In this document: in pieces, positions 48,972 through 58,447 of the stretch
Position numbering within the stretch: the stretch's first letter is position 1
How the letters are laid out: each line of letters opens with the position of its first letter
Assembly (NCBI GenBank): GCA_001817505.1
Contig: MHIM01000004.1
Location: 6,953 to 70,952, forward strand
Length of the DNA stretch: 64,000 nt
Origin: Candidatus Buchananbacteria bacterium RIFCSPLOWO2_01_FULL_39_33
Lineage (GTDB): Bacteria; Patescibacteriota; Patescibacteriia; 2-01-FULL-39-33
Direction of reading: 5' to 3'
Translations under genes and position numbers: made by a program
The notes under the pieces: generated by a model
Databases searched by the model: none
What the model saw: only the letters and a program-made list of their open reading frames with translations
What the model was told of the DNA's origin: nothing

Positions 48972-50150
48972 TTATTTAACAGGGTTAACAATACTAAATC
49001 TTTTTCTTCTCCTTTGGCAGCTGGCGGCATTGCCGAAACGATGCGCTTCGTCCCGGACTTTTACCAGCATTATTCTTTGCGATTGCGCCAATTCCCTGAC
49101 GGCCTGGCTCATTTTATCAGGGAACACCATTCTATCACCAGCGAATTTAGAAAGACCGATAATCGGAATATTGAGATGGAGATCACGAAAAATTTTACTG
49201 ATATAATCAATTTGCGGTCGTCCGCCGTCAATTAAAATCAAATTAGGCCATGGCCATTCCTGGTGCTTGAATCTCCTTCTGATCATTTCTTCCAAAGCCC
49301 GCAAATCATCATTTTTGGGAGCTTCTTTGATGTTGAATAAGCGGTATTCATCCTTAGCTAACTGGCCATTAATGGCTACCGACATAGCGCCAATCGTTTC
49401 TTGACCGGTCAGATGGGAAATATCATAACCCTCAATCCGGTTTTTGACAGCCCTGGCATCAACTTCATCTTGGGTAATTAAAGTCACATCCTGGATATTT
49501 TTAAGTAGGCCGGCTAATTTCGGATTGTCTTTCTTTAATTTTTTCACTAACCTTTTCTTTTGGCCTTTGAATAATAAAACTATATTTTGGATATTTTCCT
49601 GGTAATCTTTCTGGGTAATTTCGCCAATACAAGTTCCTGGACAAAGCCCGACTTGATAATCAAAGCATGGCCGGCCTGAATTAGGCAGGCAAGTGCTGTA
49701 AGGAAAAACCCGTCGGATAATCCTTAAAGTATTTTTGAGCAAGGTGGCATTCTGATAAGGGCCGAAGATATGCACTTGGTTAGTAGGAAATTTATTCAAT
49801 TCCCGTTCGCGAACAATAATCGGATAAGCATAAGCTTTTTTAGAAATCACCACAAAAATAAAAGACCGCTGGTCTTTGTCTTTGACATTATATTTCGGCC
49901 AATGCTTTTTTATCAGATTGGCTTCCAAAATCACCGCTTCCAAGACAGTATCGGTTTTTTTATGCCTGATGCTTTTAGCCAAAGATACCATTTCAGCTAT
50001 GCGAGAATCAATATCTTTCCTAAAATACTGCAAGACACGTTTTTTCAAGCTGGTCGCCCGGCCAATATAAAGAATCTCGCCCTTTTGGCCGATGAACATA
50101 TAAACACCTGGAGATAATGGTAATTTAACTGCTTTTTCTTTCAAATTCAT
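48972..50150 (-). CDS. uvrC: excinuclease ABC subunit C, short form
   Basis: PGVY, LYIGRA..L..RV.QYF, RPCFDYQ..LCPG.C, IEGYDISH, LIDGG, RDEAHRF. Confidence 0.9.
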   Translation of the reverse strand: MNLKEKAVKLPLSPGVYMFIGQKGEILYIGRATSLKKRVLQYFRKDIDSRIAEMVSLAKSIRHKKTDTVLEAVILEANLIKKHWPKYNVKDKDQRSFIFVVISKKAYAYPIIVRERELNKFPTNQVHIFGPYQNATLLKNTLRIIRRVFPYSTCLPNSGRPCFDYQVGLCPGTCIGEITQKDYQENIQNIVLLFKGQKKRLVKKLKKDNPKLAGLLKNIQDVTLITQDEVDARAVKNRIEGYDISHLTGQETIGAMSVAINGQLAKDEYRLFNIKEAPKNDDLRALEEMIRRRFKHQEWPWPNLILIDGGRPQIDYISKIFRDLHLNIPIIGLSKFAGDRMVFPDKMSQAVRELAQSQRIMLVKVRDEAHRFGNAASCQRRRKRFSIVNPVK

Positions 50151-50257
50151 GATTATCTTTTAGTTTATTTCAGATAAAAAAATAATTTAATATTGATAGA
50201 CATTTTATTTTCATAATTAAATAAAAATTGCTATAATTTAATATTAAGGAGGGTGCA

Positions 50258-50449
50258 ATGATGGCGCTAATACATGACATATTATGGGCTGTCGGTTTAG
50301 CTCTAATGATAATGAGTGCTGGCTATGGTCTTAAATTATTCCAAGCAAGTCATAAAATTAAAATTCCAATTTACGTCGTCTTAATATTCATAGCCGGAAT
50401 TGTTATGTACCTTATCAGCTTCTTTTTACCAATCCCTATTGTACGCTAA
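50258..50449 (+). CDS. small two-TM membrane protein
   Basis: AGGAGG SD, two hydrophobic helices. Confidence 0.6.
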   Translation: MMALIHDILWAVGLALMIMSAGYGLKLFQASHKIKIPIYVVLIFIAGIVMYLISFFLPIPIVR

Positions 50450-50627
50450 TAGGGATTTTTTATCTTAAAAGTGTTCATTAAATATATTTTACCATAATCT
50501 ATTGACAATATTTTAATATTTGATAAGCTATTTACAGATTGTATTAGCGTAGTTTATTTCATAAATAAATTTAACCAGCCGATTAACAGAACACCAATCA
50601 AAACCAGGGAAAGGGAAGGTGGCTATA

Positions 50628-50792
50628 ATGGAAGAATATGAGAATCCAGCAGGTCCTGAGGCCGACATAATCCGAAAAATTGGCGAGCAAAGAGGATTGC
50701 GAGAACCTGATCTTCAAGAACAACTTAGACGACTTCTTAGAGAAAATCAAGGACTTAGAGAAGAAAACAAGAAATTACGAAAAGAAAAATAA
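50628..50792 (+). CDS. 54-aa coiled-coil small protein (MEEYENPAG...LREENKKLRKEK)
   Basis: ATG after GGAAGGT SD; heptad pattern; better candidate than the overlapping TTG-start ORF 50680..50964. Confidence 0.5.
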   Translation: MEEYENPAGPEADIIRKIGEQRGLREPDLQEQLRRLLRENQGLREENKKLRKEK

Positions 50793-50876
50793 TTCCAAAA
50801 AAATCCATAAAAACACGCTAACGCAACCAGCCAGTGAAAAACCCTGTCAACAGGAAAATATCACTGGTTTTTATTT

Positions 50877-53624
50877 TTATTTCAAATACTCTTTCAAATA
50901 TTTGCCAGTCACGCTTTTGTCATTATTTATAATTTCTTCCGGCGTGCCTTTAGCCACTAAGTAGCCGCCTCGATCCCCGCCTTCAGGTCCCAAATCAATC
51001 ACATAATCGGCAGCATGGATAATATGCATATTGTGTTCAATCACCGCAATGCTGTTTTGCCTGTCAATTAATTTGTTCAAAACTTTAAGCAGCAGCTCAA
51101 TATCATGGTAATGCAAACCGACTGTGGGCTCATCCAATAAATATAAGGTCTTGCGTCCTAAAGTATGAGTTAATTCTCTGGCTAATTTTATCCTTTGGGC
51201 TTCACCGCCGGAAAGTGTAGTGGCACTCTGGCCTAATTGCAGATAACCCAAACCGACTTCCTGCAAGACCTTCAATTTGTCGGTAATCTGATAATGGCTG
51301 TCAAAATAACCGATGGCTTCATCGATAGTTAAAGCCAGAACTTCGGAAATATTTTTGCCTTTATATTTGACTTGCAAAGTCTCGCGATTGAATCTTTTGC
51401 CGTGGCAGACCTCGCATTCAACTGTGACGGCTGGCAAGAAATGCATTTCTATTAAATTGGAGCCGGCGCCAGCGCAGGCCTCGCAGCGTCCGCCCGGCCG
51501 GTTGAAGGAAAACCGAGAAAGCGTATAACCGCGTTCGCGCGATTCCGGCAACAGCGCAAAGAATTCCCTGACGGGAGTAAAAATACCGGTATAAGTGGCT
51601 GGGTTGGAACGTGGCGTTCGGCCTATGGGCGACTGGTCAACTACCACCACTCGATTAATATATTCCGTGCCTAAAATTTTGGCGACATCTTCCAGTTCTC
51701 TCTTTCTGTAATCCTCTCCTGCCCGAAAAGAGGTGGCACGAAATGCCGAAGAGGTAGGAGCAGCCAAAGGCGGATTAGCTTTTATTTTTTGGACATTCTT
51801 ATATAAGACATCATAAAGCAAAGATGACTTGCCGCTGCCGGAAACGCCAGTCAGGCAAACCATTTTCCTAAGCGGTATATCAACTTGAACATTTTTCAAA
51901 TTATTAGCTCGGGCGCCGATAATCTTAATGGCCTCGCTGGTGGCAGTACGCCGGTGTGAAGCCGTTTCAATTACCCTTTCACCCCTTAAATATTCCAGAG
52001 TTAATGATTTTTGGGGATTATTTTTTTTGAGCAGTTCTTGAGTTTCACCAATAGCCACCACTTGCCCGCCCTGACTGCCGGCCAACGGCCCTAAGTCAAC
52101 AAAAAAATCCGAGGCCCTGATAGTTCTTTCATCATGCTCAACGATAATCACCGAGTTGCCCTGCTCTTTTAAGGATTTTAAAGTTTTAATCAATCTTTCC
52201 GTGTCCCGTTCATGCAAGCCGATTGTCGGCTCATCCAAAACATATAAAGTTTTGGACAAGTGCGAACCGATTTGCGAACCTAATCTTATCCTTTGCGCTT
52301 CGCCGCCCGATAGCGTTTCAGCTTCGCGGCTAAGCGATAAATAATTAAGTCCCACTTGCAATAAAAAATCCAAGCGGTCCGCAATTTCTATGACAACATT
52401 TTCGGCAATGTCTTTTTGTCTCGCGGTCATTTTATTATGGTAAGTAATAAAAAAGTCATAGGCCTGTTCAATAGATATAGCACTGACCTGGGCGATATTT
52501 TTGCCGCTCACTCTGACCGATAATGACTCCGGTCTTAACCTCTGGCCTTCACAAGCCTGACAAAGCTCAACAGCTTTTTCATATTGGTTCCGATACTCGC
52601 CGACTTCCTGGCCTTCTTCAGCCAGTTTCTTTTTATTTTCCCATAATTCCAATTTACCTAAGCCGTGGCATTTTTCGCAGGCGCCATGCGGGCTGTTAAA
52701 AGAAAATAATCTTGGCTCAACTTCCGGAAAAGCGAAACCGTCATGAGGACAAGTCCAATTAGATGAAAGTAGAAATTCTAATGTTATCCCCTCCTTACCA
52801 AGGAGGGGTTTCGGGGTGGTTGCCGAAATTTTTGGCCAACCCTTCCCTGCCTCCCTTTGGTAAGGGGAGGATTTTATTTTCTTCCCCTTAGTAAGGGGAG
52901 AATTATTATTAAATAAAGCAACTACCAAACCATTAGTATAATTAATGGCATTTTCCACCGCTTCCGATAATCTACTTTCATCATTAATCATCACTTTATC
53001 TATAACAATATCAATACTATGTTTGCTGTGTCTGGCTAATTTTACTTTTTCATGAAGAGAATGAAATTTACCATCAATTCTAGCTTCGGAAAATCCCAAA
53101 TTAAGATAATCATAAAGCAACTGGTAATACTCGCCTTTCCGATCAACTACTACCGGAGCTAAAATCGTCACATATTCTTCATTTAATTCTTTGGCCCGGT
53201 TTTTAATGATATCAATCATCTCATCCAGCGCCAGTTTATCAATTTTGCGGCCGCATTTAGGACAATAAACTTCTCCCAGCCGGGCGTATAAAACACGCAG
53301 ATAATCATAAATCTCCGTCAGGGTGCCGACAGTAGAACGCGGATTATGCGAAAGAGCTTTTTGGTCAATGGAAATAGAAGGCGCCAAGCCAATTATTTCA
53401 TCAACATCAGCCGGCTTCATCTGGCCCAAGAATTGTCTGGCGTAAGGCGAGAGTGATTCAATATAACGCCTCTGGCCTTCGGCAAAAATAGTATCATAGG
53501 CCAGCGATGATTTACCGCTGCCGGAAACGCCGGTAAAAACCACCAATTGGTTATGGGGTATGGCCAAGTCAACATTCTTTAAATTGTGCACCCGCGCCCC
53601 GCGGATGGTTATCTGATCTTTCAT
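50877..53624 (-). CDS. uvrA: excinuclease ABC subunit A with two in-frame repeat insertions
   Basis: GARVHNLKN, two GVSGSGKSS, two LSGGEAQRI, LDEPT, zinc fingers. Confidence 0.98.
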   Translation of the reverse strand: MKDQITIRGARVHNLKNVDLAIPHNQLVVFTGVSGSGKSSLAYDTIFAEGQRRYIESLSPYARQFLGQMKPADVDEIIGLAPSISIDQKALSHNPRSTVGTLTEIYDYLRVLYARLGEVYCPKCGRKIDKLALDEMIDIIKNRAKELNEEYVTILAPVVVDRKGEYYQLLYDYLNLGFSEARIDGKFHSLHEKVKLARHSKHSIDIVIDKVMINDESRLSEAVENAINYTNGLVVALFNNNSPLTKGKKIKSSPYQREAGKGWPKISATTPKPLLGKEGITLEFLLSSNWTCPHDGFAFPEVEPRLFSFNSPHGACEKCHGLGKLELWENKKKLAEEGQEVGEYRNQYEKAVELCQACEGQRLRPESLSVRVSGKNIAQVSAISIEQAYDFFITYHNKMTARQKDIAENVVIEIADRLDFLLQVGLNYLSLSREAETLSGGEAQRIRLGSQIGSHLSKTLYVLDEPTIGLHERDTERLIKTLKSLKEQGNSVIIVEHDERTIRASDFFVDLGPLAGSQGGQVVAIGETQELLKKNNPQKSLTLEYLRGERVIETASHRRTATSEAIKIIGARANNLKNVQVDIPLRKMVCLTGVSGSGKSSLLYDVLYKNVQKIKANPPLAAPTSSAFRATSFRAGEDYRKRELEDVAKILGTEYINRVVVVDQSPIGRTPRSNPATYTGIFTPVREFFALLPESRERGYTLSRFSFNRPGGRCEACAGAGSNLIEMHFLPAVTVECEVCHGKRFNRETLQVKYKGKNISEVLALTIDEAIGYFDSHYQITDKLKVLQEVGLGYLQLGQSATTLSGGEAQRIKLARELTHTLGRKTLYLLDEPTVGLHYHDIELLLKVLNKLIDRQNSIAVIEHNMHIIHAADYVIDLGPEGGDRGGYLVAKGTPEEIINNDKSVTGKYLKEYLK
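52787..52900. mobile_element. miniature palindromic element (family P) inside uvrA
   Basis: tcccctccttaccaaggagggg...ctccctttggtaaggggagg...ttccccttagtaaggggag. Confidence 0.8.
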
Positions 53625-53767
53625 TTGAATTAATAAATTTTGAATTATGAATTTTTAATCAATTTTGAAATTTTAATTTTGAATATAATTTTTATTTTTA
53701 TTAAAAATTAAATCATTAAAAAAATAAATCATCAAAAATTTATTCGAAATTAGAAATTAAAAATTAG
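53625..53767. repeat. AT-rich heptamer-periodic inverted repeat between uvrB and uvrA
   Basis: tttgaat/tttaat units on the left, attaaaa/aaattag units on the right. Confidence 0.5.
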
Positions 53768-55746
53768 TTATTTTTCCCAATATCCAATAACTCTTCAATC
53801 TCTTTTTGGATTGTTTTAGGCGTGATTTTGTGCTTCTTGTTATAAACCAACTGCAACTGCCTCCGCCTGTCCACCACTTCCATCGCCCGCTTCATTGAAC
53901 CGGTCTTTTTATCGGCATATAAAATGACTTTGCTTGAGACATTTCTGGCGGCTCGGCCCATGGTCTGGATCAGCGATTCCTCGCTGCGCAAAAAGCCCTC
54001 ACGGTCGGCATCCATAATCGCCACCAGTGTCACTTCCGGCAAATCCAAACCCTCGCGCAGCAGATTAACGCCAACTAAAATATCAAACTGGCCTTCTCTA
54101 AACTCTCGTAAAATTTCCGTCCTTCTGAAAGTTTTGACATCACTATGCAGGTAAGCGGCTTTAAAGCCGTTCTTTTGCAGATAAGAATCCAGGTCTTCGG
54201 CCATTTTTTTAGTTAAGGTGTTAACGATGACTCGGCCGGTTTGAATATCTCCCCTCCTTTCCAAGAAGGGGCTGGGGGTGCCTGCTTGCCGGTAGGCAAG
54301 GTTGACCGAAGATTTCGGCCAACTCCTCTCTATCTCCCCTTGGTAAGGGGAGAATTTTATTTGTTTTCCTTTAGTAAGGGGAAGAAAAACTATTTTTTTC
54401 AACTCTTTGATCAAATCATCAACTTGGCTACGATTAGTTTTCTTGTCGTAAACTGAACGGATTTCAATCGGCGGATCAATTAAACCGGTCGGACGAATAA
54501 CTTGTTCTACCACTTTCTTGGAATGGCTGATTTCCCAAGCGCCGGGAGTAGCCGAAGTAAAAATCGTCTGGCCGATGCGCTTTAAAAATTCCTCAAACTT
54601 CAACGGTCGATTATCCAAAGCGCTGGGCAGTCGCCAGCCATATTTGATTAGGTTCTCTTTTCTGGCTCGATCGCCCTCATACATGCCGCGCACCTGCGGC
54701 AAACCGATATGCGACTCATCCATAATCAAAAGAAAATCTGGCCGGCTTTTTTTATCTTTAGGGAAATATGACAAGAGCGAATCAGGCGCTTCACCGGCCA
54801 ATTTGCCCGTCAGATGCCGGGAATAATTTTCAATGCCATGGCAATAGCCCAAACTCCTTAACATCTCCATATCGTATTTGGTGCGCCTCTCCAATCTTTC
54901 GGCTTCCAGATACAAATTATTTTTGGCAAAAAAATTTAATCTGTCTTTTAATTCAACTTTAATATCTTTGATGGCCCGTTCAATTTCCGGCTTAGTGGAA
55001 ATAAAATGCTTAGGCGGAAAAATAATTATATCTTTCAGGTCTTTAATGATGCGTCTGGTGATTTTATCAACTAGGCCGATATCAGAAACTTTCTGCTCGC
55101 TTAATTCTAACCGGTAAATAACTTCTTCGGCCGCCGGCATAATTTCAAAAACATCGCCCCGCACCCGAAAATGCCCGCGTTTCAACTCGCCTGGCGTTCT
55201 GGCAAATTGCATCTTAACCAATTGAGAAATCAGATCTTTTCTGACAATCGGCTGGCCGATGGATAAATGAAGCGAGGATTCGGTATAGCTGACCGGCAAA
55301 CCCAGGTTATAAATGCAGGAAACTGAAGCCACGATTATGACATCGCGCCTGGTTGAGAGAGCAGTTGTCGCCTGATGGCGCCAGCGGTCAATTTCTTCGT
55401 TGATCATCGCTTCTTTTTCTATATAAGTATCGCTTGATGGCATATAGGCCTCGGGCTGATAATAATCGTAATAAGAAACAAAATAATTAACGCTGTTTTT
55501 GGGGAAAAAATTCTTGTACTCGCGGTAAAGCTGGGCAGCTAAAGCTTTGTTTGGCGCCATTACCAAAACCGGCCGATTGAAATGCTCTATCACTTTGGCC
55601 ATAGTAAAAGTTTTGCCCGAACCGGTAACGCCCAAAAGCGTTTGAAAATCATGATTTTTTTTCAAACTGCCGATTAGCTCTTTGATGGCCTGCGGTTGAT
55701 CGCCGGCTGGAGCAAATTTGGATTTTAATTGGAATATTTTTGTCAT
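53764..55746 (-). CDS. uvrB: excinuclease ABC subunit B with an in-frame repeat insertion
   Basis: PAGDQP, GVTGSGKT, YYDYYQPEAY, GIENYSRH, DESH, NLLREGLD.PEV, GRAARN; start MTKIF (the earlier ATG lies inside the tRNA). Confidence 0.97.
   Translation of the reverse strand: MTKIFQLKSKFAPAGDQPQAIKELIGSLKKNHDFQTLLGVTGSGKTFTMAKVIEHFNRPVLVMAPNKALAAQLYREYKNFFPKNSVNYFVSYYDYYQPEAYMPSSDTYIEKEAMINEEIDRWRHQATTALSTRRDVIIVASVSCIYNLGLPVSYTESSLHLSIGQPIVRKDLISQLVKMQFARTPGELKRGHFRVRGDVFEIMPAAEEVIYRLELSEQKVSDIGLVDKITRRIIKDLKDIIIFPPKHFISTKPEIERAIKDIKVELKDRLNFFAKNNLYLEAERLERRTKYDMEMLRSLGYCHGIENYSRHLTGKLAGEAPDSLLSYFPKDKKSRPDFLLIMDESHIGLPQVRGMYEGDRARKENLIKYGWRLPSALDNRPLKFEEFLKRIGQTIFTSATPGAWEISHSKKVVEQVIRPTGLIDPPIEIRSVYDKKTNRSQVDDLIKELKKIVFLPLTKGKQIKFSPYQGEIERSWPKSSVNLAYRQAGTPSPFLERRGDIQTGRVIVNTLTKKMAEDLDSYLQKNGFKAAYLHSDVKTFRRTEILREFREGQFDILVGVNLLREGLDLPEVTLVAIMDADREGFLRSEESLIQTMGRAARNVSSKVILYADKKTGSMKRAMEVVDRRRQLQLVYNKKHKITPKTIQKEIEELLDIGKNN
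54250..54384. mobile_element. family P element inside uvrB with a nested cctgcttgccggtaggca unit
   Basis: colinear with uvrA 52787-52900 apart from an insertion at 54281-54298. Confidence 0.8.
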
Positions 55747-55748
55747 AG

Positions 55749-55822
55749 TGGGCATATCCCGATTTGAACGGGAGACCTTTCGGATGTGAACCGAATGCTC
55801 TAACCAGCTGAGCTATATACCC
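55749..55822 (-). tRNA. tRNA-Val(CAC)
   Basis: GGGTATATAGCTCAGCTGGTTAGAGCA-TTCGG-TT-CAC-AT-CCGAA...GTTCAAATC...TATGCCCA; no encoded CCA. Confidence 0.93.
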
Positions 55823-56001
55823 TAAAAAATTTCTAATTTATAATTTTTAATTTCTTCAGGCCAGAAGCAGATCCCATCCCCAATTTCCTATTTCTTATTT
55901 CTTCTTTCTAAATATGCAAAAACGGCCGAGTGGTACGGCTTATGGGGGTAAGCATTAATCTGTAAGGGGTATCTTATAATAAAAATAATGTTTTAGCAAA
56001 T

Positions 56002-56029
56002 AAAAAAGCGAATACTTGGTGTATTCGCT
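56002..56029 (-). terminator. intrinsic terminator of the ubiquitin-like operon
   Basis: aaaaaagcgaatac-ttggt-gtattcgct. Confidence 0.7.
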
Positions 56030-56062
56030 GTAATTTGAACTTGAAAAAAGTACGATTAAAAA

Positions 56063-56635
56063 TTAGAGATCCAAGATGGCTACGATGGCAGCCAGCTTGC
56101 CTTCGGCGGTTAACGGATATTTTACGCCATCAACTTCAATTTCCGGCTTGTCGTCTGCCGGCGCATCGGTGGAAAAATACACCTCAATATCATCGCCATC
56201 GCCGACAAGATCCTCCAAATGGGCAAAGTCGCCATTAACTTTAACTGAAATAACATCATTCGGATTCTTGCCAACCACGTCGCGTAAAATATTGGCGATG
56301 GTATCAGGCGTTGCCAGAGCGTAATCTTGGCCGTCAATGACGCATTCAAGAGCGCCGCCTTCATTGCCTTTAATCTGTTTAAGGACTAAAATGATATCGC
56401 CATCTTCCAGGGGGGTGGTGACAACACTGCCTACATAGCCGTCGGCTTTGTCAACAGCTTCAATATTGGAGAACTTCTTTTTATTAACCCGGACTTCCCG
56501 GTCACGAACTAACTCGGACCAATTGATGCTACCGTTGAATGAAGCGGCTTGCCGGGCTACTTCCATGACTGTAGCGCCATCAGCAACTTCAATATAGATA
56601 ATTTTCCCCGGAACAACCATAATCTTGATATTCAT
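56063..56635 (-). CDS. multi-domain ubiquitin-like (beta-grasp) protein
   Basis: AAGGAG SD before MNIKIMVVPG; domain 1 ends LEDGDIILVLKQIKGN; domain 2 ThiS/MoaD-like ISVKVNG...VGDGDDIEV. Confidence 0.75.
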   Translation of the reverse strand: MNIKIMVVPGKIIYIEVADGATVMEVARQAASFNGSINWSELVRDREVRVNKKKFSNIEAVDKADGYVGSVVTTPLEDGDIILVLKQIKGNEGGALECVIDGQDYALATPDTIANILRDVVGKNPNDVISVKVNGDFAHLEDLVGDGDDIEVYFSTDAPADDKPEIEVDGVKYPLTAEGKLAAIVAILDL

Positions 56636-56705
56636 TGGTATCTCCTTCTTTGGTTTTACTTGGCTGGAAAATTTGAAAATATTACTGGTAAAAAGAACTG
56701 CCGAT

Positions 56706-57449
56706 TTAACCTTCAATAATCATCATTGGCTTGGCGCAAACAATCAATTCCTGCTGATAATTATCCCCCTTAAACCATTTGATCAGCTTCCAAACAGCTA
56801 TGGAAGCAATTAAAGAAACTGTCGGTGAAATTGCCCGATTGGTGCAAGGCGACTCCTCCGCTTCTTCATCGGTGTATAAGGTACCCTCCCATAAACGGAT
56901 ATCTTCCGGACTAAAAGGCAGAATAGCATATACTCGGCCGTTGTCAATACCCATTCTGGTTTCTACCATCAATCTGACATTGAGCCGATATTTAATAGCT
57001 CCTTCCCAGATTTCCCGCCTGACATTCATGGAATCAACCATTAAATAAACTATGCCTTTTAACTTGGTGGCGCTGGTGACTACTTCATTATGGACAGTAA
57101 TTTCAAGGCCGGTTGCTTCTAAAATTATGTCTCTAAGCGCCTCAACTTTTGGGTGGCCAACATCTTTGAGACGATAAACTTGATTGGGCAGATTATGGTC
57201 TTCCACCGCATCAAAATCATAAATATGTATTTTTTTAATTCCCATTTTAGCTAACAGGAAAGCCACATAACTGCCAGTGGCCCCGACACCGATAATATGG
57301 ACTTCATCTTCAAATTTATCGGGTGGAAACAAATCCAGTTGCCGCCAGTAGTCAACTATCACTATGGACGCCGGAACGGTTGGCTCCACTGTCGCTGGAT
57401 GATCCAAAACCTCTTCAGGAGTATCGGTGGCCGCTTGATCTTCTGCCAT
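56706..57449 (-). CDS. ThiF/E1-like activating enzyme
   Basis: RQLD, IIGVGATGS, DFDAVEDHNLPNQ, KVEAL, VDSM..R, ETRMG, candidate catalytic Cys in EESPCT. Confidence 0.9.
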   Translation of the reverse strand: MAEDQAATDTPEEVLDHPATVEPTVPASIVIVDYWRQLDLFPPDKFEDEVHIIGVGATGSYVAFLLAKMGIKKIHIYDFDAVEDHNLPNQVYRLKDVGHPKVEALRDIILEATGLEITVHNEVVTSATKLKGIVYLMVDSMNVRREIWEGAIKYRLNVRLMVETRMGIDNGRVYAILPFSPEDIRLWEGTLYTDEEAEESPCTNRAISPTVSLIASIAVWKLIKWFKGDNYQQELIVCAKPMMIIEG

Positions 57450-58447
57450 TAATCCATCTCCTGATAAACAATCGAGGATCGATTTTTATCATCAAGAGAC
57501 CTTTCAATAACCAGGTCTTCAAAATAATGGCAACTGTCTTTGACCGAACAAAAAAAACATTCATCCCCAGTTGGCTCTTGGCCACAAAGCGGTAAAATAG
57601 CTGAAGCTTGGTTGGTAATCGGCAGCAGCTTGCCATTGTTCTGGCTGTCTCTTCTGCTACCTTTTATCACCTCTTTCTTTTGCCACTTAAGTGAACGAGG
57701 AGCTATTCGAACCCCAACCGAATCCAACAAAGAGTTGGCTTCTTCAAGTTCTCCAATACTATAACCTAGCTGGGAGTAATAACCACCATAATTTCTAGCC
57801 ATAGACACAATTTCCTGAGTGACTTTGGCGTTGATTTCCGCTTTTTGAGTGACTTTGGCATCAATCTCCGCCTGCCATTTGGCTGTTAATTCCTTGTTTA
57901 GAGGACGGCTAATCTGCCAAGGCACGTCTTGCCAGATAATGCCTCTTTGGTAATCATAGAAAGTAAATTCAGCGCGTCCGCTTCGCCCGAAGATGCCCCG
58001 GATGAACCAAGGATTGTGACTGAAATGTTTCATCTGGTCATCGTCTTGGCCAGAGGGACTAGTGGAACTGCTGGGATGGACATGACCCCAAAACATCAGT
58101 CGTTGGGCCAGTTCCTCATTTTCAATAATTAAATCAGTGAACAAATCAGCCAAACCTTCTTCGGTTATTTCAGTAGTCGCTCCATGAACTTCCTGCTGGA
58201 ATAAGAAAATTCCGTCAATCAAAAATCGATAATCGGTAATGGTTAGCACGCTGCCCAGCCAACCGATTTCATCAAACCCGCTTAAATTAGCAATAGTCAG
58301 CATATCAGCATAAGCTTCGGGTGTGATAAAAATACCAGGGACATTATTCCTGTTGATAGTTTCTTGTCTGGTCTCAAATTGATGGGGGGCGAAAGGATCC
58401 GCCCCCTTTTTGCCACCTTGCCAAATATTGCCTTTCCAGTTAGACAT
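57449..58447 (-). CDS. JAB/MPN metallopeptidase with C-terminal Cys cluster
   Basis: DEIGW...WGHVHP.SSTSPSGQDD matches the JAMM E...HxH...S..D motif. Confidence 0.85.
   Translation of the reverse strand: MSNWKGNIWQGGKKGADPFAPHQFETRQETINRNNVPGIFITPEAYADMLTIANLSGFDEIGWLGSVLTITDYRFLIDGIFLFQQEVHGATTEITEEGLADLFTDLIIENEELAQRLMFWGHVHPSSSTSPSGQDDDQMKHFSHNPWFIRGIFGRSGRAEFTFYDYQRGIIWQDVPWQISRPLNKELTAKWQAEIDAKVTQKAEINAKVTQEIVSMARNYGGYYSQLGYSIGELEEANSLLDSVGVRIAPRSLKWQKKEVIKGSRRDSQNNGKLLPITNQASAILPLCGQEPTGDECFFCSVKDSCHYFEDLVIERSLDDKNRSSIVYQEMD

Noticed and set aside
48972-50150. Short UvrC as a pseudogene
   Set aside because: ORF is intact with both nuclease domains; loss of the HhH tail is compatible with a reduced genome.
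50680-50964. 94-aa ORF
   Set aside because: TTG start and overlap with the uvrA 3' end; the SD-led 50628..50792 frame is more plausible.
55747-55755. uvrB start at 55755 (MPT...)
   Set aside because: This ATG lies within the tRNA-Val acceptor stem; 55746 is preferred.
56706-57449. ThiF/MoeB as a cofactor-biosynthesis gene
   Set aside because: No thi/moa genes nearby, and the E2-like and JAB neighbours favour conjugation; not formally excluded.
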